From IMG/VR virus record IMGVR_UViG_3300032288_001234, positions 1 through 42,347 of that record: a DNA stretch of 42,347 nucleotides; one strand, given 5' to 3'. This document shows positions 26,963 to 35,222 of the stretch, piece after piece. The position numbers were made by a program, and so were the translations under genes. Below the pieces are notes generated by a model. The model saw only the letters and a program-made list of their open reading frames with translations. It was not told where the DNA came from and did no database searches. The stretch's first letter is position 1. Each line of letters starts with the position of its first letter. This DNA comes from a virus. Lineage: Duplodnaviria; Caudoviricetes.

Positions 26963-27877
26963 ATGGCGCTACCCGCATCGGGCCAATTAGCAATCGATCA
27001 GATAGGTGCCGAGTTTCTCGGATCTGCCCCCTATTCTCTGTCGCAGTATTACCGCGGCGGCGGCAAAGTGGCTGACTCACCGCAAAACGTCAACGTGCCT
27101 GCGTCTGGTGCAGTGTCGTTTAGCAATTTCTACAGCGCGCAGCTGCGCTCAGTCAACAGCCTGACGGTTTCATCGAACACTAGCAACTACGACGTGAAGA
27201 CCGCATTGGGATCTGCTTACTTTGCCGGTTACACGGACGTCACGGTCACGATCAATTCCGGCGTCACAATCAGCAGCGCATCGAGCGCCGCTTACGCATT
27301 CTCCGTGACCGGCTTTGCATCCGGCGACACGGTGGCAGTCACAAACAACGGAACGATCACAGGTGCTGGTGGACCTGGCGGTCGCGGTGCTTTGAGTAGC
27401 TCCGTACCAACCAACGCGGTTGCTGGTTCCCAGGGTGGCCCTGCACTCAACATCAACTACGCGACGAGCTTTACCAATAACGGCACGCTGCAAGGTGGTG
27501 GTGGCGGTGGCGGCGGTGGATCAGGTCGCTCCTATGCATCTGGAAAAAATACGCTCTACCAGGGCGGCTCTGGCGGGGGTGGCGGCGCGGGTACGGTAGG
27601 CGGTGTTGCTGGCGCTGCAGGTAGCGGGACCAACACGCCAGGTAACCCAGGCGGAACTGGTACGGCAACAGCTGGCGCAGCTGGCGGCACCGCGCTGAAC
27701 TCCGCTGGAGCTGGCGGTGCGGGCGGTGGGCTGGGTGCTGCAGGATCAACCGGAGCTACCGGTTCCACAACGATACGCGGAACGGCTGCTGCCGGCGGTC
27801 CTGCTGGCAATTATGTCGTCGGCAACACGAACGTCACATGGTTAGCAACTGGCACGCGTATCGGTGGCATTGCGTAA
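26963..27877 (+). CDS. Glycine-rich fibre-tip adhesin (T-even gp38-like architecture)
   Basis: MALPASG..SLSQYYRGG..VSFSNFY cap; NNGTITGAGGPGG, GGGGGGGGG and GGGGGAG repeats; directly after the S74 fibre. Confidence 0.75.
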   Translation: MALPASGQLAIDQIGAEFLGSAPYSLSQYYRGGGKVADSPQNVNVPASGAVSFSNFYSAQLRSVNSLTVSSNTSNYDVKTALGSAYFAGYTDVTVTINSGVTISSASSAAYAFSVTGFASGDTVAVTNNGTITGAGGPGGRGALSSSVPTNAVAGSQGGPALNINYATSFTNNGTLQGGGGGGGGGSGRSYASGKNTLYQGGSGGGGGAGTVGGVAGAAGSGTNTPGNPGGTGTATAGAAGGTALNSAGAGGAGGGLGAAGSTGATGSTTIRGTAAAGGPAGNYVVGNTNVTWLATGTRIGGIA

Positions 27878-27895
27878 TTCATAGAAAGAGAAACG

Positions 27896-28279
27896 ATGAA
27901 CACTGTAAACATGAAGATTGTTGGGTTCGACGAGGAAAGCAAATCGCTTCTTGTGTCATTCGCGTCTGATGAAACCGCATCCTCTAACCCAGAAGACTAT
28001 CCAGCCTATGCATATCAGCCGTCGGCCATGTGGCCAGACGTAGTTGACGTCGAAGAGATCAAGCGCCGCATTGCTTACTCCGGCATTCACCTGGCGAAGC
28101 AGCAAGCCATCAAGGAAAGGTTTGAAAGCAACATTGAAGCGATCGATGCGTTGCGCAATTTAGTTGGCGACGAATCTACGCATTCAGTCGAAGAGCTGGT
28201 CGATCAACAGAGGGTAGAAGAAGAAGACTACATGTATATCGACGGATCGATTGCGGGCGAGACGCCAGACATCGTCTAA
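27896..28279 (+). CDS. Acidic hypothetical protein, possibly fibre-associated
   Basis: 127-aa ORF with purine-rich RBS, directly after the adhesin. Confidence 0.7.
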   Translation: MNTVNMKIVGFDEESKSLLVSFASDETASSNPEDYPAYAYQPSAMWPDVVDVEEIKRRIAYSGIHLAKQQAIKERFESNIEAIDALRNLVGDESTHSVEELVDQQRVEEEDYMYIDGSIAGETPDIV

Positions 28280-28298
28280 TTTCAAGAAGGGGATAACA

Positions 28299-28775
28299 AT
28301 GAAAATGACACCGTTTCGCGCATTTGGTCTGGTGTTTATCATCAACGAGCATTTTGCTGGTGAGCGTTATAAGAACATGGTGGACGATCCAGACTGCACT
28401 ATTTTCTGTGCGCGCGGGCATGAGCTTGTCACGGATCTTGATACTGGCGAATCCATGCCGGACTACGCGCAGGGTCAGTTTCACAGCCCCGAAGTCAATT
28501 ACTTGCGTGGCCGGTTCCAGCTCGATGTGCTCGATCATACGGTGATCTTTTGCTATGACCCAAAGCTCAACCTTGGACGCAAGCAAAAGTTTGAGCCGGT
28601 CACACTCGATGGCGCTGCGCAAACTGTGTTGCGCAAGAATTCTAGATTTCTTCTATGTGAAGGACAGATTGAGATAGACGGCGTGTTTTACAACGCACCC
28701 GCTCGCATATCTGTCGAGTCAGGGGACAAGTTGATTACGTCCGTTAGAACTTCACTTGGAATGTTGCTTGTATGA
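28299..28775 (+). CDS. Hypothetical protein, possible cupin/beta-barrel fold
   Basis: GAAGGGGA RBS before ATG 28299; FLLCEGQIEIDG..APARISV resembles cupin strands. Confidence 0.6.
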   Translation: MKMTPFRAFGLVFIINEHFAGERYKNMVDDPDCTIFCARGHELVTDLDTGESMPDYAQGQFHSPEVNYLRGRFQLDVLDHTVIFCYDPKLNLGRKQKFEPVTLDGAAQTVLRKNSRFLLCEGQIEIDGVFYNAPARISVESGDKLITSVRTSLGMLLV

Positions 28776-29359
28776 AGTACGCAAAGAAAATCGACATCAA
28801 TGTCGATCTCAGATATTTGAACAAAGCCACCGTCGTTCTTGGTAGGCATGGAAAAGGACTGAACGATTTTCCAGAGGGAGTTATTCGCAGATACCTTCCA
28901 CGCAAACAAATTGCAATGATCGTTGATACGTTGCCACCTGGTTTGCGCGAACACGTTATGGGCGTGAACTACACTGAGGTGCGTCTCTTATCTGCGCATA
29001 TTCACACGACCGAAAAGGCCGTGATCAATTTCTATCAGAAGACAAACGGCGAAGTAACAAAGTTTTTTGAAGGTCCTATCGAGGCAGACGATCGCTGGTC
29101 AACAGACAACGGAAATGGCTACCTCAACGTGCAGATGGAATGTCTGAAAGAGGTTGAGTCGCTGGTCGCTCAGGAAGGAGACGTCTGGGTTCTTGATGCT
29201 AGGCAACCGCACTCAGTTGAAATTATTGATGATAAGCGTGAAGGAATGCATCGCTTCGAACCGAATGGCGATCTGTCACGAATGATCGTGCAGGTATACA
29301 TGAACCTGCCATTTAATGAAGTAGCCAAGATCTTGGAAGAATCTGAGGCGATTGCATGA
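28772..29359 (+). CDS. Cupin/oxygenase-like metalloprotein, paralogue A
   Basis: AHIH..INFY..GDVWVLDARQPHSV..R (HxH...H double-stranded beta-helix pattern); ATGA overlap. Confidence 0.7.
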   Translation: MKYAKKIDINVDLRYLNKATVVLGRHGKGLNDFPEGVIRRYLPRKQIAMIVDTLPPGLREHVMGVNYTEVRLLSAHIHTTEKAVINFYQKTNGEVTKFFEGPIEADDRWSTDNGNGYLNVQMECLKEVESLVAQEGDVWVLDARQPHSVEIIDDKREGMHRFEPNGDLSRMIVQVYMNLPFNEVAKILEESEAIA

Positions 29360-29946
29360 AGCACGCCGTTCGATTGACGCTACCAGAAAAGCCGGCCATC
29401 TATTCCGGTGCTCGCAAACTGGAGCGGCACATTGGCGTGCCAATCGGCGACGGCGACCCGAACTTGTCGGTATATACCGCTGGGGAAAAGCAGTGCGATG
29501 AAGTGCGTCGCATCCTACCAAGGTTGATGGCAGCTTGCATGTTGAACGTGACGTTTATCCGCGTGCGCCAAGCATATCCGCATGTGCATGTCGGAGCCGG
29601 AATGACGGCCATCAACTGGTATTTAAAGGTCAACGGCGACACGACAACATTCTATGAGGGAGAGCAAGTCGATATTGCAAAGTACCGGTATCTCGACATC
29701 GGAAACGGCTACGCCATGATGGACCCTACCTTGTTGACGCCAGTCAAAAGGTACGTCGCAAAGCAAGGCGACGCGTGGATGATTGATCTTGTGGCACCGC
29801 ACTCGGTATCTGCTGATCCTGACAACCCAGACATCGACGCACGCTACGCATCTATTCCTAGTGACTCACGGTTGATGATGCACGCCACATTCAAGATGGG
29901 GTTTGATGCTGCGCTCAAGATAATGAAAGACTACTGCGATGAATAA
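29356..29946 (+). CDS. Cupin/oxygenase-like metalloprotein, paralogue B
   Basis: PHVH..INWY..GDAWMIDLVAPHSV..R; shares motifs with the upstream gene. Confidence 0.7.
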   Translation: MKHAVRLTLPEKPAIYSGARKLERHIGVPIGDGDPNLSVYTAGEKQCDEVRRILPRLMAACMLNVTFIRVRQAYPHVHVGAGMTAINWYLKVNGDTTTFYEGEQVDIAKYRYLDIGNGYAMMDPTLLTPVKRYVAKQGDAWMIDLVAPHSVSADPDNPDIDARYASIPSDSRLMMHATFKMGFDAALKIMKDYCDE

Positions 29947-30583
29947 AAACATTTATCGCAAAGAAGACATTCCGATCGCCGACTATCTGATGTCGTTTAG
30001 GCAGGCGCTGACGGATGATTTTTTGAATTATCACCGCGACTTCGACGCAGAGTTTGCCAAAGCAACGAAGGCCGAACCAATTTACAACGTCGAGAACTTC
30101 ATCAACTGGCCAGGTGCCTGGACCGGCACTGGCATCAAGTATGTGTTCGGTCCACGTCGCGACCTGATACCGCCGGAGATCCGAAAGTATTTTAGGACCG
30201 CGATCGCCTTGACGAACGAGTTTGCAAAAGACTGCCCTATCAGCAGCTACAGCGTGCTTGAGCCGGGCGGCATCATTCATCGGCATACCGGGCCGGAGAA
30301 CCGCCACGGTGATTTTGTTCGCATCCACATCCCTTTGATTGTGCCGGAAGGCGACATCTTCTTTGAGGTGGGTGGCGAGGTGGTTCTTTGGGACGACATT
30401 TTTGCATTCAACAACCAGACTGTGCATAGCGCCTACAACTTCTCAAACAAGCGCCGTCTAGTTTTCTTGATAGACATCCGTCGTAGCCGCATCGGTATGG
30501 AGCGTGGCAGGCCTTACGACAAGGTGCGCGACGAAGATGCCTACCCGCCGTTTGACCCGACACCGTACCGGAGCGCCGCATGA
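29939..30583 (+). CDS. Aspartyl/asparaginyl beta-hydroxylase (AspH/LpxO-family) 2OG-Fe(II) oxygenase
   Basis: YSVLEPGGIIHRHTG..RIHIPLIVP..FNNQTVHSAYN..RRLVFLIDI. Confidence 0.85.
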   Translation: MNKNIYRKEDIPIADYLMSFRQALTDDFLNYHRDFDAEFAKATKAEPIYNVENFINWPGAWTGTGIKYVFGPRRDLIPPEIRKYFRTAIALTNEFAKDCPISSYSVLEPGGIIHRHTGPENRHGDFVRIHIPLIVPEGDIFFEVGGEVVLWDDIFAFNNQTVHSAYNFSNKRRLVFLIDIRRSRIGMERGRPYDKVRDEDAYPPFDPTPYRSAA

Positions 30584-30783
30584 TCGAGACGCGCACCCGA
30601 ACTATTGTGCGGATGATCACCTACCGCATCACCGCCTGGGCGTTCACTGTGCTGTGGACCTGGCTCATCTTTGGCAACCTGGTGCAAAGCACTGGTTTCG
30701 CCACGCTGCTGCATGCGTTGCTCAGTATCGACTACTACATTCATGAGCGCGCCTGGTTGCGTGTGAAGTGGGGGCGCAGATGA
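30580..30783 (+). CDS. DUF2061-like small membrane protein
   Basis: ETRTRTIVRMITYRI..YYIHERAW..VKWG; two hydrophobic segments. Confidence 0.75.
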   Translation: MIETRTRTIVRMITYRITAWAFTVLWTWLIFGNLVQSTGFATLLHALLSIDYYIHERAWLRVKWGRR

Positions 30784-31514
30784 TTGGGCCCTGGAAAAAG
30801 CCGAAGCTAGAATTTATCAACACGATCGAAGGCGTGGCCGAGCTTATGCCGATGATCAGCGCAACTAAGCATCGCCATCCATGGGTGGATCGAGCCGTCG
30901 CCGATTTTGCAGAGGTGCGCAAGAATCCGCACTGGAGAAACGAGCGCATGGTTCACACTGCGCGCTGCCCTGGCGTGTTTACGTTGCAGCGTCATGGTTG
31001 GATTTTGCGCACCTGGCAGGACATCGAGATCACCACCAACGGAGACGGCAACAGCTTTACCTGGCGATCGCCCAGTGCAATCGGCGGGGATGCCATCGGG
31101 TTTCATCCGGCAGAGCAGCTGGCTAATTACTTTGAAGACTGGCCAACCGACACGCTGCGCACGGTACTGAAGATCCACACCGGATGGCGCTGCAATGTGC
31201 CAAAGGGTTACTACCTGCTCGAGATGCCGGTGGCATTGTCGGACGAGAGTCGGTTCACGACAGTGGCTGGATACTTCTTCCGCGAGGCTGGGCCAGCCAG
31301 CATGAACGTGCAGCTGCTGTGGCATGTGATGAATGGCAAGACGTTGATCCGGGCCGGCACACCGATAGCGCAGTACGTCCTGGTCCCGAAGGATCAGCCT
31401 GACATGGTTTGCAGAGATGCGCAGCCCAAGGATCGGCTGCAGCTTTCTGAACTAATGGACCAGTCGCGGTGGGTAAAAAACTTTTCAGAAGTAAAAAAAC
31501 TTTTTGGTGCTTAA
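30780..31514 (+). CDS. DUF6065-like protein (probable degenerate dUTPase-like beta fold)
   Basis: TARCPGV..GWIL..W.DI..PKGYYLL..IRAGTPIAQYV; ATGA overlap. Confidence 0.6.
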   Translation: MIGPWKKPKLEFINTIEGVAELMPMISATKHRHPWVDRAVADFAEVRKNPHWRNERMVHTARCPGVFTLQRHGWILRTWQDIEITTNGDGNSFTWRSPSAIGGDAIGFHPAEQLANYFEDWPTDTLRTVLKIHTGWRCNVPKGYYLLEMPVALSDESRFTTVAGYFFREAGPASMNVQLLWHVMNGKTLIRAGTPIAQYVLVPKDQPDMVCRDAQPKDRLQLSELMDQSRWVKNFSEVKKLFGA

Positions 31515-31536
31515 CGTGTTGTGAAAGGGTAGAGGG

Positions 31537-31695
31537 GTGGATGACTTGGAAGCCAAACTAAGCACGCATGAGGCAGTGTGCGCCGAACGGTATGCCGGCA
31601 TCTGGGCGCGATTAAAGCGCCTTGAGGGAATCCTGGTCGCCAGCGCAGGAGCAATCATCATGCTTCTGTTGGCGCTTGTCCTGAAGGGTCATTGA
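31537..31695 (+). CDS. 52-aa single-TM protein of the lysis region (not in ORF track)
   Basis: GTG start after purine-rich RBS; MDDLEAKLSTHEAVCAERYAGIWARLKRLEGILVASAGAIIMLLLALVLKGH. Confidence 0.75.
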   Translation: MDDLEAKLSTHEAVCAERYAGIWARLKRLEGILVASAGAIIMLLLALVLKGH

Positions 31696-31696
31696 C

Positions 31697-32314
31697 ATGA
31701 TTGACCCGATCACCATTGGTGCCGTGATCGGTGGCGCGAAGGCACTGAAGTCTGCATTCGACATGGCCAAGGAAGCCATGGACGAATTCCGCGAGTGCGC
31801 TGCCGCTGGGATGGATGCCAAAGAATCGTTTGGCTCGCTGGTCAAAGTGTTTAGCGCGCACGGTGAAGTGCAAAAACACATCAACGAAGCGAAGAAAGCT
31901 AAGACTGAACCACCGCCGGTTACTGAAGACGGGTCACCGGCAGAGCCCGCTGTGCGCAAGAGCGCCACCGTGCGCGCCCTGGAAGCGATGCAGTACGAGC
32001 GCGAGCTGCGTGCTCAGGAGGAGGAGCTAAAGACCTACCTCATTTATCAATGCAACGAGAGCGGCTTGTACGCCGAGCTGTGCGCCAGGCGCGATGCGAT
32101 CGTGAACGAAGAGCGCGAGGAAGAAGAGGCCATCCGGCGTGCACAGACTGAGCGTCTGCTGGAAGAAAAACGCAAGCTCATGGCCATTCGGAGGGATCGG
32201 CGTCAGCGCATCGAAGCGATCCAAGGTTTTGCCGCTGCTGTTGTGATTGCCGCAATAGTGTGCGCTTTTGCTTACGCCATCTGGTGGATGTTTCAACAAG
32301 GGGGAAAACTGTAA
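31697..32314 (+). CDS. Coiled-coil protein with C-terminal TM helix
   Basis: MIDPITIG start; long E/R/K coiled coil; FAAAVVIAAIVCAFAYAIWWMF TM segment. Confidence 0.75.
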   Translation: MIDPITIGAVIGGAKALKSAFDMAKEAMDEFRECAAAGMDAKESFGSLVKVFSAHGEVQKHINEAKKAKTEPPPVTEDGSPAEPAVRKSATVRALEAMQYERELRAQEEELKTYLIYQCNESGLYAELCARRDAIVNEEREEEEAIRRAQTERLLEEKRKLMAIRRDRRQRIEAIQGFAAAVVIAAIVCAFAYAIWWMFQQGGKL

Positions 32315-32829
32315 TGCTCACAATCTTTTCTACGCTGGTGTCGTTTTTGATGGGCGGCTTGCCCAAGATCCTAGACTTCTTCCAGGATAAGTCCGACAAA
32401 TCGCATGAGCTGAAGCTCGCATCGATGCAGACCGAGCGCGAGCTGCAACTGGCTGCTGCCGGGTTTGCTGCGCAGGCCAGGGTGGAGGAGATCAAGCTCG
32501 ATGAGATCCGCACGCAGTCTGCCGCCGACACACAGCAGAGCCTGATCGCCGCGCAGCAGTCAGAGATGCAGGCGATCTACACGCACGACATGAGTCTGAA
32601 TGAAGGTACCAGCCAGTGGATGAAGAACCTGCGCGCATCGGTGCGCCCGGTCATCACTTACGGTTTCTTCTTCCTGCTGTGCGCGATCGACGGCGTGCTG
32701 GCCTACCAAGGAATGACCGGCGGGGTGGCGTTCCAGGAGCTGGCTGATCAGCTCTGGGACAACGAAACGCAGGCGCTGTTCGCCAGCATCATTGCCTTCC
32801 ACTTTGGCGGTCGCGCCTTTGGCAAATGA
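32314..32829 (+). CDS. Holin-like membrane protein (3TM/GTA-holin type)
   Basis: LRASVRPVITY..IIAFHFGGRAF motif; three hydrophobic segments; overlaps the endolysin start. Confidence 0.7.
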   Translation: MLTIFSTLVSFLMGGLPKILDFFQDKSDKSHELKLASMQTERELQLAAAGFAAQARVEEIKLDEIRTQSAADTQQSLIAAQQSEMQAIYTHDMSLNEGTSQWMKNLRASVRPVITYGFFFLLCAIDGVLAYQGMTGGVAFQELADQLWDNETQALFASIIAFHFGGRAFGK

Positions 32830-33305
32830 AGATCAGCGACAAAGCGATCGAGATGATCAAGCACCACGAAGGCGTGCGGCGCAAGCCGTACCGCTGTCCG
32901 GCGCGCTTGTGGACGGTGGGCGTGGGGCATGTGATTGTGCCGACCCACTGCAACGTGAAGTTCGACGACCGGCTGGGGCTCGATTGCCCTGCCGACTGGA
33001 ACCGCACGCTCACCATGGAGGAAGTCGATGCAGTTCTTAAAGCAGACCTTGACCGGTTTGAGCGCGGTGTATTGCGAATGTGCCCTGGCGCTGCTGGTCG
33101 TCAAGGCGTGTTCGATGCTCTGGTGAGCTTCGCATTCAACGTCGGTCTGGGCAATCTACAGCGCAGCGGAATCCGCATGCGCACCAACCGCGGCGACTAC
33201 CAGGGTGCTGCTGATGAGTTTCTGAAGTGGACCAAAGCTGCCGGCAAAGTGTTGCCTGGCCTGGTCAAGCGACGCAAGGACGAGCGCGCTTTGTACTTGT
33301 CTTAA
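32826..33305 (+). CDS. Endolysin, GH24 lysozyme
   Basis: IKHHEG..PYRCPA..WTVGVGH..FDALVSFAFNVG..GLVKRRKDERALY. Confidence 0.93.
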   Translation: MKISDKAIEMIKHHEGVRRKPYRCPARLWTVGVGHVIVPTHCNVKFDDRLGLDCPADWNRTLTMEEVDAVLKADLDRFERGVLRMCPGAAGRQGVFDALVSFAFNVGLGNLQRSGIRMRTNRGDYQGAADEFLKWTKAAGKVLPGLVKRRKDERALYLS

Positions 33306-33366
33306 CCCGTCCCACGCTGGCGCGGGACACTCCTTCCCCCGACCGGAAAACGCCACCGTGGGTTTG

Positions 33367-33393
33367 CCCCGGCCTGAGTGCCGGGGTTTTTTT
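33367..33393 (+). terminator. Rho-independent terminator ending the late operon
   Basis: CCCCGGC-CTGAGT-GCCGGGG-TTTTTTT. Confidence 0.88.
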
Positions 33394-33398
33394 CTAAC

Positions 33399-33643
33399 TG
33401 ATCTTAGACAACTGTCTAAGATGACGCACTTTGAAGCGGGGGGCTTTGTCGTAAGTGCTTGATTCTTTTGGCTCCCCGACCTGGACTCGAACCAGGGACC
33501 TGCGGATTAACAGTGAGCGTCATCAGATCAATGTAAGTCTCTGAATCTGCTCGATTATTTGCCGCTCAAAACCAGCAACTTGTCTAACAGATGATGCCTG
33601 TAAACCCTTGATTTACCGTGGTCTAAAGAGTTGATCTTAGACA
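33399..33643. promoter_or_regulatory. attP region with arm-type repeats and IHF sites
   Basis: TGATCTTAGACA at 33399 and 33632; inverted repeat ATCTTAGACA-AC-TGTCTAAGAT at 33401-33422; WATCAANNNNTTR matches on the minus strand at 33452-33464 and 33601-33613. Confidence 0.75.
33469..33514 (-). other. attP core: 46-bp 3' half of tRNA-Asn(GTT)
   Basis: Minus strand ACTGTTAATCCGCAGGTCCCTGGTTCGAGTCCAGGTCGGGGAGCCA contains anticodon loop, T arm and CCA but no 5' half; adjacent to int. Confidence 0.9.
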
Positions 33644-34626
33644 GCCTTTCGGTTCACAAGGTTGCCCAATGGCGCGACAGATTCTACCTCGCGGCGCTTG
33701 ATGTAGTGGGCGGTCATGGCCTCAGTGGCGTGGCCTGCCAGGCTTTGCGCGTTCTGGCCGGCACGGCTGGCGTCGGTCAGCGCCTTGGCGCGGATGTCGT
33801 GGAAGTGGAAGTCTTCGACCTTGGCTTTCTTGACCGACCGTTTGAACATTGAGCTGATGCCGTCGTAGCTGTACGGCTTGCCGTCGCGGGTCGTGAACAG
33901 AAGCATGCCTTTGACTGTAGGGTGGATGCGCCTGGTGCGGTCGATCACAGCGCGCAGCTCCGGTGTCATCTGAACCAGCAGCTTCTTGCCGGTTTTGTTC
34001 TGCTCGAAATAGATCCCGGCGTCAGTCACGTCAGCGCGGCGCAGCTCGATCAGGTCACCGATGCGCTGTGCGGTCAGGTAGGCCAGATCCATCAAGCAGC
34101 GGATGGTCAAGTTGGCTTCCTTCCATACGCCGGCAAACTCTGCGTCGGTGATGTAGCGGTCGCGCTTGACTTCGGTATTGCGGTGGACACCTCGGCAAGG
34201 ATTGGCATCCACCACGCCCCAGCGCATGGCCATGGTGAACATGTGCGACAGCAGCGCCTTCTCGCGGTTAGCGCGCACCGGGGCAGCCTGGCCGCGGGCA
34301 TCCAGGTACTTGGCCACATGCATGGGCTTGATGTCGCGTGGCTCCATCTGACCAAACACTTTGCGCAGGTTTTCAGCTTCGAGCTTGTTGTCTTTGAAGC
34401 TGCGCGGTGATTTCTTTGGCGCGACTTCTGCCAGATACCGGTCCATCAGCGCGCCCATGCCACCGGCTGGCGTCTCGCCTGACAGCTCTGCCCACTTGCG
34501 TTTGGCAATAGCCAGCTCTTTGCCCAGGTTGATCCAGACATTATCCCGGCTGACATAGTAAAAGCTGCCATGCTTTTGATACATGCGTGGCGGCAGATCG
34601 TATTGTTTTTTTCTGCGTCCGACCAT
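33637..34626 (-). CDS. int: Tyrosine integrase
   Basis: TAQRIGD (R), QNKTG (K), FHDIR (HxxR), LAGH..TAHY catalytic residues. Confidence 0.95.
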   Translation of the reverse strand: MVGRRKKQYDLPPRMYQKHGSFYYVSRDNVWINLGKELAIAKRKWAELSGETPAGGMGALMDRYLAEVAPKKSPRSFKDNKLEAENLRKVFGQMEPRDIKPMHVAKYLDARGQAAPVRANREKALLSHMFTMAMRWGVVDANPCRGVHRNTEVKRDRYITDAEFAGVWKEANLTIRCLMDLAYLTAQRIGDLIELRRADVTDAGIYFEQNKTGKKLLVQMTPELRAVIDRTRRIHPTVKGMLLFTTRDGKPYSYDGISSMFKRSVKKAKVEDFHFHDIRAKALTDASRAGQNAQSLAGHATEAMTAHYIKRREVESVAPLGNLVNRKAV

Positions 34627-34838
34627 TAGATCCCCAATGCTGCCCAGTTCGGTTCGGTTGCAACCGTTGGTTCTTTCCCTACAGGCGCAAGCATAACCTC
34701 GATCGCTGACCGCAAGACAATCGGAGTGCCGCCCTTGTTGACAAAATGAGGCAGCTTCTGACTCTCCAGCCAGCGGATCTGATCAGCCGCACGGACGTAG
34801 CCCGTCAGCGTGCGAAGATCTTCTTTACTTAGAAACAC
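34626..34838 (-). CDS. Excisionase-like protein (DUF4224 type)
   Basis: MFLSKEDLRTLTGY..QIRWL..G.PIVLR..EPNW; directly upstream of int. Confidence 0.8.
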   Translation of the reverse strand: MFLSKEDLRTLTGYVRAADQIRWLESQKLPHFVNKGGTPIVLRSAIEVMLAPVGKEPTVATEPNWAALGI

Positions 34839-35040
34839 GATGGTGCCTTTTGTCTGCCATCAAACTGGGCACATCGTCCCACATGGTTTTGCGCCACTGC
34901 CTGCGCATCTCTTCCCCGGTGTAGGTGCCAGGCTTGGTGAAGCTGCGCGGGCCGGCAACCTCGCCTTGCCAGGTCTTCCTGGCAATGCGCTCCGCGTTGG
35001 CTTTCATTGTTTGGATTGTCTCTGCGGTGTAGGTGGTCAT
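34825..35040 (-). CDS. Hypothetical protein (71 aa)
   Basis: MTTYTAET.. with GAGGAG RBS and ATGA overlap. Confidence 0.6.
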   Translation of the reverse strand: MTTYTAETIQTMKANAERIARKTWQGEVAGPRSFTKPGTYTGEEMRRQWRKTMWDDVPSLMADKRHHRVSK

Positions 35041-35222
35041 AGCTTGTGTCTCCTCATGTGGCGGCAGGCTTCGCGCTGCTCTGTTGAAAAATCGGGGCTG
35101 ATCTCTGCGACCTGGCAAGGCAGGCGCGTGGGCGCGTTGCTCACCTGAGTGGCGAAGTACAACGACAGACAGGCGACGATTGCCATGTAGATGTAGATCA
35201 ATGCGTGCGTGATGGATTTCAT
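35037..35222 (-). CDS. Small membrane-anchored protein
   Basis: GGAGG RBS; N-terminal TM helix; C..AEISPDF..C motif. Confidence 0.7.
   Translation of the reverse strand: MKSITHALIYIYMAIVACLSLYFATQVSNAPTRLPCQVAEISPDFSTEQREACRHMRRHKL

Noticed and set aside
27851-27883. Fifth late-promoter copy (GCACGCGTAT), and partial copies near 6334, 23125 and 23711
   Set aside because: Mismatched to the 10-mer, inside coding sequence, and no -10 hexamer at N16 for the 27852 copy
25450-31514. BPP-1-type diversity-generating retroelement
   Set aside because: No reverse transcriptase motifs, no Avd-like gene and no TR/VR repeat pair seen near the fibre genes
33469-33514. Functional phage tRNA-Asn gene
   Set aside because: Only the 3' half is present; the 5' acceptor strand and D arm are missing, so it is an att core
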